64,000 bases of DNA, taken from the IMG/VR virus record IMGVR_UViG_3300033066_000386, positions 25,758 through 89,757 of that record, one strand, 5' to 3'. Shown here piece after piece: positions 45,960 to 55,589 of this stretch (its first letter is position 1; every line of letters begins with the position of its first letter). The stretch is from a virus (lineage: Duplodnaviria; Caudoviricetes). The position numbers and the translations under genes are program-made. The notes under the pieces are model-generated. The model searched no databases and was not told where the DNA came from. It saw only the letters and a program-made list of their open reading frames with translations.

Positions 45960-46262
45960 CTACAGTCGCATCCCCTCAAATTCCTTCTCCAGAATCTTCG
46001 TCTCGGATAGAAGGAACTCTTTGAGGAGGTTGAATAATCTTCGCCTCGATGAATCCGATTGCAGGTTCAAGTCGAATCTCTTTCCGTCTGCCCCAATATG
46101 CACCTCCGCGCTAACCCATTTCTGGGTGTCGGAGGTGAACGGCATATCTCGTAGATTCTTGATATCTGCAAGAATGGTCCGCCCGGCAATGATCTTGTCT
46201 TGGACCGCTTCCATCTCTTCAATGGTCATTTGAATTCCCCTTTTGTTGTTCGATTCACTCAA
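45960..46262 (-). CDS. hypothetical protein
   Basis: 100-aa ORF, start uncertain. Confidence 0.5.
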   Translation of the reverse strand: MSESNNKRGIQMTIEEMEAVQDKIIAGRTILADIKNLRDMPFTSDTQKWVSAEVHIGADGKRFDLNLQSDSSRRRLFNLLKEFLLSETKILEKEFEGMRL

Positions 46263-47250
46263 ACCACAGCTTCAAGGGTTCCTGCGTGTCCTTGACCATT
46301 GCGTGGATGAGGTCATGAGAGAACACGGAGTTAACCGACGACAGGAAGCTGCATCCATACTCTTGATTGAACCACATTTCCCCCAACTCGGCACGCTCTT
46401 GGGCCAAGAACTCCTTGGATATGCGTGGGCATTGCTCGGCTGTCACTTGAATGATTTTCCAGTATTCCTTCTCGCCCTTGGCCCTTGCCTCCATCGTCTT
46501 ATTGTAAGCTTCCCAGAACCATCCGCGCTTCCCGAAGGGAGTGGAGGCTGCTACCAACCGTCCGGGCCTGCCATGCACTTGCTCGGTCACGGTGAGGAAG
46601 GGCCTGGCTACCGATAAGAGGTTGTCGGGTACACGAGCGGCCTCATCGATGATGAGCAACGTCACCGCACTAAAGCCAACGATGGTATCGGGATTGCCTG
46701 GGAGGGAGGTGATTCTAGCCCGGTTAGGGAACTCGTGGGTCAACGCCTTTTCCTTGACCCCGGATAGCTCGTAGGAACCCGATAGAGCCGCAGCATCCCA
46801 CCCCTCCTTTTGGATGGCGGCATCGTCCTCCCTCACTTCCTCAACGATGGTCTTGGGCTTCCAAGACTGACGACGCAAGACTCGCCCCCCGGTGAGTCCG
46901 CGCCATAGTTCCTTGACCTTCCTCAGTAGCTCGACCGATTGCCTCAAGGATCGGGATAGGAGTAGGATTTCGGCATGTGGATGCTTGATTGCTTCCGCCA
47001 ATGCCATTGCCGCGATGACGCTCGACTTGCCCCCCTGCCGTGTGCATAGGAGCATGGTCTGGATATGATCCGAATTCATGACCTCTCGCTGCCAAGGGTC
47101 AATGTCCGGCATGAGCGGATACATCACTCGGCAAGGGTCTTCACGGATCGCGCGTTCCAAGCTCTTGCCGTCATCCCATACCGACAACTCCTTGTACACG
47201 TCGGCCCAGGCATTGCCCTTGCCCTTGAACTTGTCGGCTAGTGTTTTCAT
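46255..47250 (-). CDS. terminase large subunit, stand-alone N-terminal ATPase domain
   Basis: DPWQREV, CTRQGGKS (Walker A), LLIIDEAA (Walker B), ASTPFGKRGWF, QEYGCSF; ends without nuclease domain. Confidence 0.88.
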   Translation of the reverse strand: MKTLADKFKGKGNAWADVYKELSVWDDGKSLERAIREDPCRVMYPLMPDIDPWQREVMNSDHIQTMLLCTRQGGKSSVIAAMALAEAIKHPHAEILLLSRSLRQSVELLRKVKELWRGLTGGRVLRRQSWKPKTIVEEVREDDAAIQKEGWDAAALSGSYELSGVKEKALTHEFPNRARITSLPGNPDTIVGFSAVTLLIIDEAARVPDNLLSVARPFLTVTEQVHGRPGRLVAASTPFGKRGWFWEAYNKTMEARAKGEKEYWKIIQVTAEQCPRISKEFLAQERAELGEMWFNQEYGCSFLSSVNSVFSHDLIHAMVKDTQEPLKLWFE

Positions 47251-47510
47251 CCTTCGAGAACCTTCTTCTCCAAGATGTCTTTCATTTTGGCATCGGCATT
47301 TGCAAAGACTTTGAGAGAAATAAACTCAGGGATGCCGTGTTCCTTTTCTAGTCTCTTGGCTTCCCTGGCCGACAATTCTTGGAGGGCTTTCCAAGCGTAT
47401 TCCAGCCTAGACCGCCGCAAGCAATTCAATTCGTCTTCAATGGGAATGCTCATGATCGCTCCTAAATGATTTCTAGTCGCGCGACTGTAACTCGCTTGGC
47501 TTGCTCTCAA
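47247..47510 (-). CDS. hypothetical protein
   Basis: Coupled to terminase ATPase gene; true start probably near MSIPIED. Confidence 0.45.
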   Translation of the reverse strand: MRASQASYSRATRNHLGAIMSIPIEDELNCLRRSRLEYAWKALQELSAREAKRLEKEHGIPEFISLKVFANADAKMKDILEKKVLEG

Positions 47511-48114
47511 TGGGCACTGGCACGATTTGGATGGTCCGTTGTTGTAGTGCGCGGAGCAAGTCTGGATGTTGACCCAATACGTCCTTGGCCGCTTCCTTGA
47601 AGGCCCGAACCAATTCCAAGGCTTGCTCCAAGGTGATCGTCCTATCCTTCGTTTCGTCTAGACCTAGCAGCTCCCTCTCGGCCTTCAAGGTGTTCATGAT
47701 CGTGGTCAGATAGGTATTCTCCGGCAGCCTTCCCTCGATGGTCACGATCCGCTTGATGCGCTGTTCGGAACACTCCAAGCCCTCATCCTCCACCACCGCA
47801 TACTCGGATTGCTCCTTGAACGTATCCTTCTGACTCCGGTCATAGGCCAACCATGCCTCACGCCTAATGTCCCGATATTCCTCCAGCTTGGCACGAACCT
47901 TGGCCGCGCGGTCCTCAACCTCTTGCCTCTTGTAGTCCTCCCGAATCTTCTTCAAGTAGACCGAGATCATCGGTTGACTCAGGTCGAACCCCTCTCGGAG
48001 TAGCGCATCCTTGATGTCGAACTGCCCGAACCCCCTCCGGTCCATCTTGGCAATCAATGCCCTGACCTGGCTCCGTTGCGTCTTCGTCAGTTTGTTTGCC
48101 TTGCTTGCCGTCAT
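47473..48114 (-). CDS. putative terminase small subunit
   Basis: N-terminal HTH (GFGQFDIKDAL...SQPMISVYLK), helical middle, AERELLGLD; upstream of TerL. Confidence 0.65.
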   Translation of the reverse strand: MTASKANKLTKTQRSQVRALIAKMDRRGFGQFDIKDALLREGFDLSQPMISVYLKKIREDYKRQEVEDRAAKVRAKLEEYRDIRREAWLAYDRSQKDTFKEQSEYAVVEDEGLECSEQRIKRIVTIEGRLPENTYLTTIMNTLKAERELLGLDETKDRTITLEQALELVRAFKEAAKDVLGQHPDLLRALQQRTIQIVPVPIESKPSELQSRD

Positions 48115-48180
48115 AATGCCCTATGTATAATGCGATTCATTTGTCGTCGGTCATTGCTAGTCGCGCGACTCTAAACGTCG

Positions 48181-49014
48181 TTAAAACAATCCGCCCACCG
48201 CATGTTTTCTTTCCGCTTCCTCAAATCTTAGTCTACGCTCGTGTGCGGCTTGCGTGCGTTGCCTTGCTATCTTGCAATAATCCTCATGCACGTCAATGCC
48301 GATGCACAGCCTACCCGTATCCCTTGCCATTTTCGTGGTGGTCCCCGATCCCACAAAAGGGTCCAGCACCAAGTCCCCAACGTTGGACCACGATAGGATG
48401 TGGTCGCGTGCTAGGGCTTCTGGAAATGGTGCAGGGTGTTCCGTTAGTTGAGCCGGTTGCTCTCTCCAAACGTTGGTACGTTTCCCGTACTTTTTCCTAA
48501 CCACGATTCTTGATTCACTCGACTTATCAGCCCTCAAATTGCAGTTCACTTTGACCTGCCCGTTAGAAACTACGTTAAGGCGATCTTCAATTAGATTTAG
48601 AGACTTGGGCTTCCCGTTGGACATGACGAAAACGTATTCAAAGTTCTGCCCATAGCAATCTTGACTACCTAACGCTCCGCTGCCAGTCTTTTCCCAAATC
48701 ATCGTGTCGTGCAACCGCAGCCCGCATACGTCCTTGAAGTGCAGGGCTTGGCGGAAGCTGGTTCCCGTCTCGCTGCCGTCAATCGTGGCATCGGCCACCA
48801 CCCATACGATGACTCCACCCGGCTTAAGAATGCGAGTCAGTTGCTCGGCCACGCCCTCGAAGTTCCACGAATGCCCCCCATAAACACGAAGAGAATCGTA
48901 GGGCGGGCTAGTCACCACCAAGTCGATGCAGGCGTCTGGGAACGTCTTCATGACCTTGACGTTATCCCCGCACACGATTTGATTCAGCGGCAGCCTTGGA
49001 CGTATCGGAGGCAT
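48181..49014 (-). CDS. DNA methyltransferase (N4-C/N6-A, beta class)
   Basis: LVVTSPPY, HPAPFP, VLDPFVGSGTT. Confidence 0.92.
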   Translation of the reverse strand: MPPIRPRLPLNQIVCGDNVKVMKTFPDACIDLVVTSPPYDSLRVYGGHSWNFEGVAEQLTRILKPGGVIVWVVADATIDGSETGTSFRQALHFKDVCGLRLHDTMIWEKTGSGALGSQDCYGQNFEYVFVMSNGKPKSLNLIEDRLNVVSNGQVKVNCNLRADKSSESRIVVRKKYGKRTNVWREQPAQLTEHPAPFPEALARDHILSWSNVGDLVLDPFVGSGTTTKMARDTGRLCIGIDVHEDYCKIARQRTQAAHERRLRFEEAERKHAVGGLF

Positions 49015-49238
49015 TAGAGCACATCCCCCTCACACGGTTCGTATTCGTCGTACACCTCGCCCGTGCCACTGCATGTGCCGCACTTAACTCCCACACAGCC
49101 ATTGCAGCACTCTCGGCAACCAACCCCCTTACACACAAGACATTCTCCCTTGATTACGGCGTAGCCCTCACAGTCGGGGCATTCCTTCATTGGCCCGTTG
49201 GTGTAGGGGTTTTCGTCCCCAAATGCTTCTAAGCTCAT
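49014..49238 (-). CDS. DnaJ-type zinc-finger small protein
   Basis: Repeated CxxCxGxG. Confidence 0.6.
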   Translation of the reverse strand: MSLEAFGDENPYTNGPMKECPDCEGYAVIKGECLVCKGVGCRECCNGCVGVKCGTCSGTGEVYDEYEPCEGDVL

Positions 49239-49492
49239 CGTAGAATCTCCTCTAGTCTAGCCAGCTTGTTCTTGTCGCCGTGGTAACAGAATAGTTCGAG
49301 CAGCTTGTATTGCAGGCTGATGTATTTAGCAACGGCAGTGGACCTGCTCAACATTTCTAGCCCATCCACTACGGTCGTTCCCACATGCTCGACTCCCTTG
49401 ATCATTAGTATGGCTTCACGGATGACTTCGGCTTGATCTTCACCGTAGTCCTTGTCTAAAACAACAGTCAAGTTTCGCACCTTGTCGCTCAT
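49235..49492 (-). CDS. hypothetical protein
   Basis: Start refined to MSDKVRNL. Confidence 0.5.
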   Translation of the reverse strand: MSDKVRNLTVVLDKDYGEDQAEVIREAILMIKGVEHVGTTVVDGLEMLSRSTAVAKYISLQYKLLELFCYHGDKNKLARLEEILR

Positions 49493-49876
49493 GATGCCTT
49501 CTCCCTTACCGTTAGCGTTACTCCCGTGCCATCCCAGTCCTCTACGATCCATCCTATACCAAAGAATCAGCGGGATTGCGATGCCAAGAGATTGGCCCCC
49601 ACCTTGATGGCGGATAGCTCCACATCCGTAACCGTAGTCGCGCGAGAAGAAACGCACTTCACGACGATCTTGGCACGCTTCTTGTTTTCGTCTCTATCCA
49701 GCTCGATCAAGTGTCCTGCCACGGTGCGCGATAGTCCGGTGTAGATCGACATGATTCGAGCGTCCCTTAAGGTCTTCATGACTAGCGTAGATTTCATGTT
49801 GCTCCTCCATTTGAACCTGGCTCGTTTAAGTATAAGCCGGAAGGAGAGGAAAGTAAACGTTACGGTTCGGCCCAAT

Positions 49877-50338
49877 CTACTCGAACACATCTGCCGTGTT
49901 CTCAAGGATGCGTATCAGTTGCGGAGAAATGTGAAACCTCTCCGCGTTCTTCTCGATGCTCTTGCGAATGTTTCCGTCATTGTGTCGCAACGTTGCCGCC
50001 TTCCAGTCGCAAAACATTTCAATCAAATCAATGAGGTTCATGTCCTCAACGCCGTTCTTGAAATGCTCAGGGTGATGACGGTTGTGAGCGTAGTGATGCT
50101 TCAACGCTGGTCCAAGTGCCTTACGGAATTCGTCGTACTCCGCGCTGCCGTAAGTGCATCCTGCCAGCTTGGGCGTGTACTCCGTGAATAGGGCGACCTC
50201 CGGGTGATCCAGCTTGCTTTCGTCGTGGGCTTCCGCACGCCTCATCAATTCGTGGATGATCCGATTCACGAAATGCTGCACCTTCTGAATGTGCAACAAC
50301 GTTTCATAATTCGTGGCCCGCTCTTCTAGCGTCAACAT
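49877..50338 (-). CDS. DUF5662-like HD-related protein
   Basis: HIQKV...AEAHDESKL...HHYAHNRHHPEHF...DLIEMFCDW. Confidence 0.7.
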   Translation of the reverse strand: MLTLEERATNYETLLHIQKVQHFVNRIIHELMRRAEAHDESKLDHPEVALFTEYTPKLAGCTYGSAEYDEFRKALGPALKHHYAHNRHHPEHFKNGVEDMNLIDLIEMFCDWKAATLRHNDGNIRKSIEKNAERFHISPQLIRILENTADVFE

Positions 50339-50585
50339 TTCTTGCTCCTCAAAAAGAATTTCCCCGATTGCCCTTGCCACTATCCTATCGCACACACTAC
50401 AATTGTTATGTACGACCTTAAGATGGCCAGGGGGACGCACACACAACAAAAACACCATAGGTGTTTAGGATTCAGAAAAAATCAGAAACCACACATCCGC
50501 TAACCAGTCATCCACCGCCTCAATCCATTCCTTCATAACACCCTCCTAGCTGAGTTCTACTCGCGCGAGTAACGTAGTCCATACA

Positions 50586-50837
50586 TCAAAACGGGATATC
50601 CCCATCCACCTTGGGATTGGGTGGGGCTAGGCAATCCTCGAATCGGTAGACGTTGCCTGCATCATCGACCAATGTCTTTTCATTCTTGACCCAATCCTCT
50701 GCCAAGCGGATCAAGGTCGAGTCTCTGGGCTGGGCATCCCCGATTAACCCTAACTTGTGCAGCATGGATGCCAGTGCGGTCCGTAGCCGTTGCTCGGTTA
50801 GGAACTCTCGGAACTTCTCACGGTTGATCGGAGGCAT
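50586..50837 (-). CDS. hypothetical protein
   Basis: Start MPPINRE overlapping upstream stop; ends DIPF. Confidence 0.5.
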   Translation of the reverse strand: MPPINREKFREFLTEQRLRTALASMLHKLGLIGDAQPRDSTLIRLAEDWVKNEKTLVDDAGNVYRFEDCLAPPNPKVDGDIPF

Positions 50838-51187
50838 CACATGTCCTTTTCGGGCTGATGGTATTTGCCGTAGAGCAAGCACTTCCGAATCCATCTGCCC
50901 ACCCATTTGGGGGCATGGCTAGAGCAAGCCTTGGGGTTGGTCTCTTTTAGCCAGTCTCCCGTTCCGTAGAGGTCCATCGCCATCTTCTTTAGCACGGCTT
51001 CCGACAACCCTTTGACGACTGCCCACTTGCACGGCATGAGCGTGAGGGCGTATTTGTCCCCATCGTCGTCCTCGTTCTCGTGGATGAGGAACGGGCCGAA
51101 CATGATGCCTTCCACTTTTCTAGGAAAGGATATGCCATCCCTGTTCATCAGGATTTCCGCCTCACCCTTCCGCCAAAAGCTCGGCAT
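50837..51187 (-). CDS. hypothetical protein
   Basis: 116-aa ORF with SD aggag. Confidence 0.5.
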   Translation of the reverse strand: MPSFWRKGEAEILMNRDGISFPRKVEGIMFGPFLIHENEDDDGDKYALTLMPCKWAVVKGLSEAVLKKMAMDLYGTGDWLKETNPKACSSHAPKWVGRWIRKCLLYGKYHQPEKDM

Positions 51188-51195
51188 GGTTGCTC

Positions 51196-51498
51196 CTAGA
51201 ACGGTATCGGTTCTTCGACTTTTACTCGCGCGAGACTAACTAGACCATCGAATACGCGATGGCAGCCCTTGCACATGGGTCGGTAGCAATCGGGGTTCTT
51301 TAGCACGTCCCGATATCGCCTATCCAAGCCTCTGCTAGGACCCTTGAGGCCCGTGGGCTTGACGTGGGCGGCATGCTCGGAGGGTTGCTTGCAGAACACG
51401 CATTGCACCCCGATGAGCGTCAATGCCCTAGTCTTGAGCCGTTGCCGATACGTGCGGTTCCTGTCCTTGCCCTCAACCATAGCTGGCAACCTCCGCAT
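51196..51498 (-). CDS. HNH-like zinc-binding nuclease
   Basis: CVFC...HAAHV...MCKGCH; ends PIPF. Confidence 0.6.
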   Translation of the reverse strand: MRRLPAMVEGKDRNRTYRQRLKTRALTLIGVQCVFCKQPSEHAAHVKPTGLKGPSRGLDRRYRDVLKNPDCYRPMCKGCHRVFDGLVSLARVKVEEPIPF

Positions 51499-53236
51499 AG
51501 AGTCGTGATAGCCGTGGGGTCAATCGCCAAGCCATGCGATTGCCGTGGGCCTTGTCTTGCCATAGTTCCACCGCCCCTAGCTTACGCAGGAATTGGAGTA
51601 GCTTGCGTTCCTCTTGACTTGATTGGCTGGTCAGGATGGCCAAGGCACGTAGCTCCAAGCCTTCATCCCCGGCTTCGTGCAGGTACTTGACGATCTCGGT
51701 GGTACGCCCACTAGAGGTGTCCATCGCACACTTGACCACGATTTCTAGCACCCGCTTGTCTATCGTGGTTTGACCTCGTGCCGCAGCCAGGCATATGGCC
51801 AGCCTAGCATATTGCTCTACCAATCGCGCGGAGAATTCCCTTTCCGTCTTCTCCTGTTGCTTGAGCGATGGCCTGGCACGTAGGTATGCCGAGTACGTGG
51901 CTAGGTTGACGATCTGATTGGCTACGTATTCATCCGTTTCCACGTTGGACAAAAGGAACTCGGCATTGTCGTGGAGGTATTCGATATAGCCCCCGGTCAT
52001 TTGCATCATCTTAACCATGTCTGGGTTGAGTTGGGTGGTCATGGTTCCATTGGAGCGAGTCTTGACGTTCTTAAATGCGCGGTTTACCACGCTCATATTG
52101 ATTTCCCGTTCCAAGTCTTCGTCGATGCCCTCCATCATGATGCAATCCACGAACCTAGCCCCTAGCTCGTTCATGTCCGATCCGGCCATGCCCGAACCAG
52201 TGCCGCACATGATCCACGTCATGTTGATGCCTTCGGAGTCCATGCCCATGCCGTTGCGATAGTTGGTCCTCGATACGCGGTCGAATAGATCGCGTGCTTC
52301 CCCCATGATTTGAGGCCAATTCGGGGATTTCACCATGCTATCAGCATCCTTGGTAATGAGCGTCTTGCCCTTCAATTCGAGTACCACGCTCTTATTCGTG
52401 CCGCTATCGTCCCGATGACCTGAGTGAAATCCGCGCATGGTTGACAGGGCTTTGACGTGGGTCTTGTTGGTGGAGAGGGCTTCGCACAAAGTCGATTTGC
52501 CGCAGTTATGGTTAATCACGTTCCCGGCCCAATAGGATTCCAGCAACGGCACATGGAAATCGTAGTATTCCCGATCCTCCAAATACACGATGCTCTCGAT
52601 CTCGTCGAACTCCACCAGCTTCCTACCCTCAAGGTCATCCCCTGAGATGGTCGGAAGACGGTAAACGCCGGATTGCCGAAGCATGTCGGAAACGCTCACG
52701 TAAGAAGTCCTATCCCAAAAGCGATGACCCTCAGTAACGTCCATCGTCGTGCCGGATTTGAACGTCACCCGATACATCGGAGCCGGTGGATAGACGGCAG
52801 GTGGTAGGGCTTGAGCAACCCCCATCGTGCCGTCATCCCTCTTGCTCCACACGAAGAATCGTTTGCCCAATTCGTAGCGTTCCTTAACCGTCTTGGTAGT
52901 ACCATCCATAGGGTCATAGATGGGCGTATCCCCGTCCAAACATGAGGGAGGCCCGATCAGGCGAATCCACAGTTGGGAACCCACCGACCCCGTGCCTAGA
53001 ATGGCTGCTAGACACACGCTAAAGCCCCGGTCTAGCCCTTCGGTCCATTTCATGGCCTTCTTGCACACCTCGACCAGTTCTTCCCAACTCTCGCAAGGCA
53101 AGGTCTCCATCTCGACGGAGCCGCTGCCATTGGCATTGCCGTTGGGCTTGCGTCCACCAATCACCCAATCATCGGGAATGGGCTTGATGCGGTCCATCAA
53201 TCGTTCAAGTAGGCGTACTCGTATCGCAATCGTCAT
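51473..53236 (-). CDS. AAA+/MCM-like ATPase (putative replicative helicase) with mini-intein
   Basis: Spliced Walker A LIGPPSCGKST; LITKDADSM; LGARF; winged-helix-like C-terminus; downstream of primase. Confidence 0.7.
   Translation of the reverse strand: MTIAIRVRLLERLMDRIKPIPDDWVIGGRKPNGNANGSGSVEMETLPCESWEELVEVCKKAMKWTEGLDRGFSVCLAAILGTGSVGSQLWIRLIGPPSCLDGDTPIYDPMDGTTKTVKERYELGKRFFVWSKRDDGTMGVAQALPPAVYPPAPMYRVTFKSGTTMDVTEGHRFWDRTSYVSVSDMLRQSGVYRLPTISGDDLEGRKLVEFDEIESIVYLEDREYYDFHVPLLESYWAGNVINHNCGKSTLCEALSTNKTHVKALSTMRGFHSGHRDDSGTNKSVVLELKGKTLITKDADSMVKSPNWPQIMGEARDLFDRVSRTNYRNGMGMDSEGINMTWIMCGTGSGMAGSDMNELGARFVDCIMMEGIDEDLEREINMSVVNRAFKNVKTRSNGTMTTQLNPDMVKMMQMTGGYIEYLHDNAEFLLSNVETDEYVANQIVNLATYSAYLRARPSLKQQEKTEREFSARLVEQYARLAICLAAARGQTTIDKRVLEIVVKCAMDTSSGRTTEIVKYLHEAGDEGLELRALAILTSQSSQEERKLLQFLRKLGAVELWQDKAHGNRMAWRLTPRLSRLYAEVASYG
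52505..52942 (-). mobile_element. mini-intein (146 aa, no endonuclease) in Walker A
   Basis: GPPS|CLDGDTPI...TEGHRF...YYDFHV...NVINHN|CGKST. Confidence 0.9.
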
Positions 53237-53244
53237 GTCGAATC

Positions 53245-53994
53245 CTATTGGAAAAGCGAGTTCTCTGATCGTCCCTTATGTGCCTCTTCCGCCAGCCGCA
53301 ACCGTTCCATCCTATCCCATTCCTTTTGCATCCTCTCGGCAGCGATCTTGCAGTACTTCTCCTCAATCTCGATGCCGGTGAATTTCCTTCCCAGCCTGAT
53401 GCAAGCCACTCCGGTGGTCCCCGATCCGGTGAATGGGTCCAAGACAGCCCCTCGTACTGATATGCCAAGCAGCTCTAAAATTAGGCTAAGCGGTTTTGTA
53501 TGGGGGTGGCCTGTCTCAGATGTTGTTCCTGACTGACCCTCCAACGTTCTGAAGACGCAAGAGCGTTCTACGTTTCTGGTTGGCCACTCTCCTACCAAGA
53601 ATATCGGTTCGGCGTCCCTACGTAGACCAGTTACCGATCCAACCAATCCAGAATCAGGAGGCTTATGCCATACGCATACCTGCTTCACTCTCAACGGATA
53701 GGGTGCGTAGAAAGAGCCAAAAACTATACCTGGAAAATCCAACATTCCCAACACGCTATCTCTTAGTGAGGTATCTTCGTCCCCTAGAATCCCTGAGTGA
53801 GACTTGCTAGCCCGCTGATTGTTTGTGCCACGCTTCCAAGCTATCCCATACGGTGGGTCGGTGACAACGGCGTCCACCTTGCCTAACAGGGGCAGAATCT
53901 TGAGGCAGTCGCCGTGGTAGAGGACGTGATTACCGCAAGGGCTTTTCCAATACGGTTCTGGGAGTCTGGGTCTAATTGGAGGCATTGGTATCAT
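53245..53994 (-). CDS. DNA adenine methyltransferase (beta class)
   Basis: VVTDPPY, HPHTKP, VLDPFTGSGTT; second ATG at 53985 gives MPPIRP start. Confidence 0.9.
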   Translation of the reverse strand: MIPMPPIRPRLPEPYWKSPCGNHVLYHGDCLKILPLLGKVDAVVTDPPYGIAWKRGTNNQRASKSHSGILGDEDTSLRDSVLGMLDFPGIVFGSFYAPYPLRVKQVCVWHKPPDSGLVGSVTGLRRDAEPIFLVGEWPTRNVERSCVFRTLEGQSGTTSETGHPHTKPLSLILELLGISVRGAVLDPFTGSGTTGVACIRLGRKFTGIEIEEKYCKIAAERMQKEWDRMERLRLAEEAHKGRSENSLFQ

Positions 53995-54908
53995 CCCTCG
54001 TGATTATTCTTGCCGCTCAGCCAGTCGCGCACATCGTAGCCATCGGGGAGAGAGGGATCATAGCCCTTGCCTTCGCCCCAGTCCAGGTATCTCAATTCAC
54101 TAGGCTGTCCATCCGTGGATTTGGAAAAGAGCTGGGCTATTCGTTTCATGCCATCGTGTCCCGACATGGCCCCATTCTCGCGGGGATGATCACTATCGTA
54201 AAGCATCGTCATCTGTTTGCCCGTGAATAGCGTGGCCCAATGCTCGTGGAAGGTGGTGGCTCCCGGTGCGGCCAAGACGTTGATATCGGCATAGAGACTA
54301 ATGGCATCGTTGGCCGTCACTTCCAGCTTGCCGTCGTCGTTCTCCTTGCAGTTCTTTAGCACCTCGTAGATCGCCATGCCATCCCATACGCCCTCAGCTA
54401 AATAGACCTGGGATTTCTTGGGGGACCACAGATGCCTGCCAAGTAGCCCGTGACCCATGCCGGGGGCGGTCATGAGCGTTCTAGGGCGTCCCACGTAGCG
54501 GTAGAGCGTGACCATCTTGCCGTCCGCATTCCACCCCGGTATCACCCATTCCCCCGTAATGGCCGACCGACGCACCCCCCATTCGACTAGGGTGGAGGTG
54601 TAGAGCAAGCCCCGATTGTCCCGCAGCTTTTCCCAGTCCTTGTCGATCTCTTCGCTTGAATGCTCCCACAGCTTGCGGACAAAGGTAAGAGGGTTGCCCC
54701 CCTTGATGACCTTGCCGTTCTCCGATCCCTCATTGCACACGAAGCAACGCCATAGACCCAAGCTGTCTTCCTTGAGCGAGACGCTAAATTTGTTCTTACC
54801 GCAGAAGGGGCATTCCCCCATTGCCTGACCGTTACTGTTCTCTTGCAAGTCCATGCCGTGGAATTCGTAGACGGCCAATGGGTTGGCCTCCTTGGTCTTT
54901 ACCGCCAT
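53991..54908 (-). CDS. DNA primase (zinc finger + TOPRIM)
   Basis: CPFC...WRCFVC; VYLAEGVWDG; MLYDSD; DVRD. Confidence 0.85.
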   Translation of the reverse strand: MAVKTKEANPLAVYEFHGMDLQENSNGQAMGECPFCGKNKFSVSLKEDSLGLWRCFVCNEGSENGKVIKGGNPLTFVRKLWEHSSEEIDKDWEKLRDNRGLLYTSTLVEWGVRRSAITGEWVIPGWNADGKMVTLYRYVGRPRTLMTAPGMGHGLLGRHLWSPKKSQVYLAEGVWDGMAIYEVLKNCKENDDGKLEVTANDAISLYADINVLAAPGATTFHEHWATLFTGKQMTMLYDSDHPRENGAMSGHDGMKRIAQLFSKSTDGQPSELRYLDWGEGKGYDPSLPDGYDVRDWLSGKNNHEG

Positions 54909-54910
54909 GT

Positions 54911-55159
54911 CTAGCCCTCATATTTGAAGTTCATGTCTTCTATTTCAATCGCGCGTTGAATGCTGTCCATAGCCTCGACCATATCCTTACGCCAATCTTT
55001 ATCCGCTCGTCCCCCACGCAGCACCTTTTTTACGGCCTGGATTTGCCCCACGTTGGTGATGCCATACGAAGAAAGTAGATCGTAGATATCGCAGGTTAGC
55101 GTCTTGCCCTTGTCCGGCCCGTTGGAGGCTCGAATCGTCTTTAGATAGGGGTTGTCCAT
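54911..55159 (-). CDS. DUF3310-like phage protein
   Basis: DIYDLL...AVKKVLRGG...KDWRKDMVEAMDSIQRAIE. Confidence 0.5.
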   Translation of the reverse strand: MDNPYLKTIRASNGPDKGKTLTCDIYDLLSSYGITNVGQIQAVKKVLRGGRADKDWRKDMVEAMDSIQRAIEIEDMNFKYEG

Positions 55160-55189
55160 GCTTTTCCTTTCCGAAAATGACAATCGTGC

Positions 55190-55218
55190 TTGTCAAAACG
55201 CGCGATTCGACGTAGAAT
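55190..55218 (+). promoter_or_regulatory. sigma70-type promoter for winged-helix gene
   Basis: TTGTCA-N17-TAGAAT; spacer contains ACGCGCGAT. Confidence 0.55.
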
Positions 55219-55253
55219 CCTTTGAGTGTCCATTCATTCCAAGGAGCAATGCC

Positions 55254-55589
55254 ATGCCAAAGAAAGCCGATTATGTCCTCCGTAAGCCGCAAGTCCGTAT
55301 TCTGAAAGCACTTGCGAAATCCAAGTCCCGGCACGGACTAACGCGTGCCGAGATTGCGGAGGCTGCCAGCGTGTCCCCATCCATGACCGCCAACTTGGGT
55401 CCACTTGATCCCAAGCAAGTAAAAACCATCGAAGGCAAGTACGGCAAGCGGTCCCTGATGGAACTCAAGTACGTTGAATCGCGGGAGATTCCGGCCAACT
55501 TGGACGACGATACCGGAGAGGCCACCAGCTTTTATCTGCGCTATCTCATTACGGATGCCGGGAAGCAAGCACTTGAGACTCTGAAATAA
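55254..55589 (+). CDS. winged-helix transcription regulator (MarR/PadR-like)
   Basis: QVRILKAL...GLTRAEIAEAASVS...YVE...YLITDAGKQAL; SD aaggag. Confidence 0.65.
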   Translation: MPKKADYVLRKPQVRILKALAKSKSRHGLTRAEIAEAASVSPSMTANLGPLDPKQVKTIEGKYGKRSLMELKYVESREIPANLDDDTGEATSFYLRYLITDAGKQALETLK

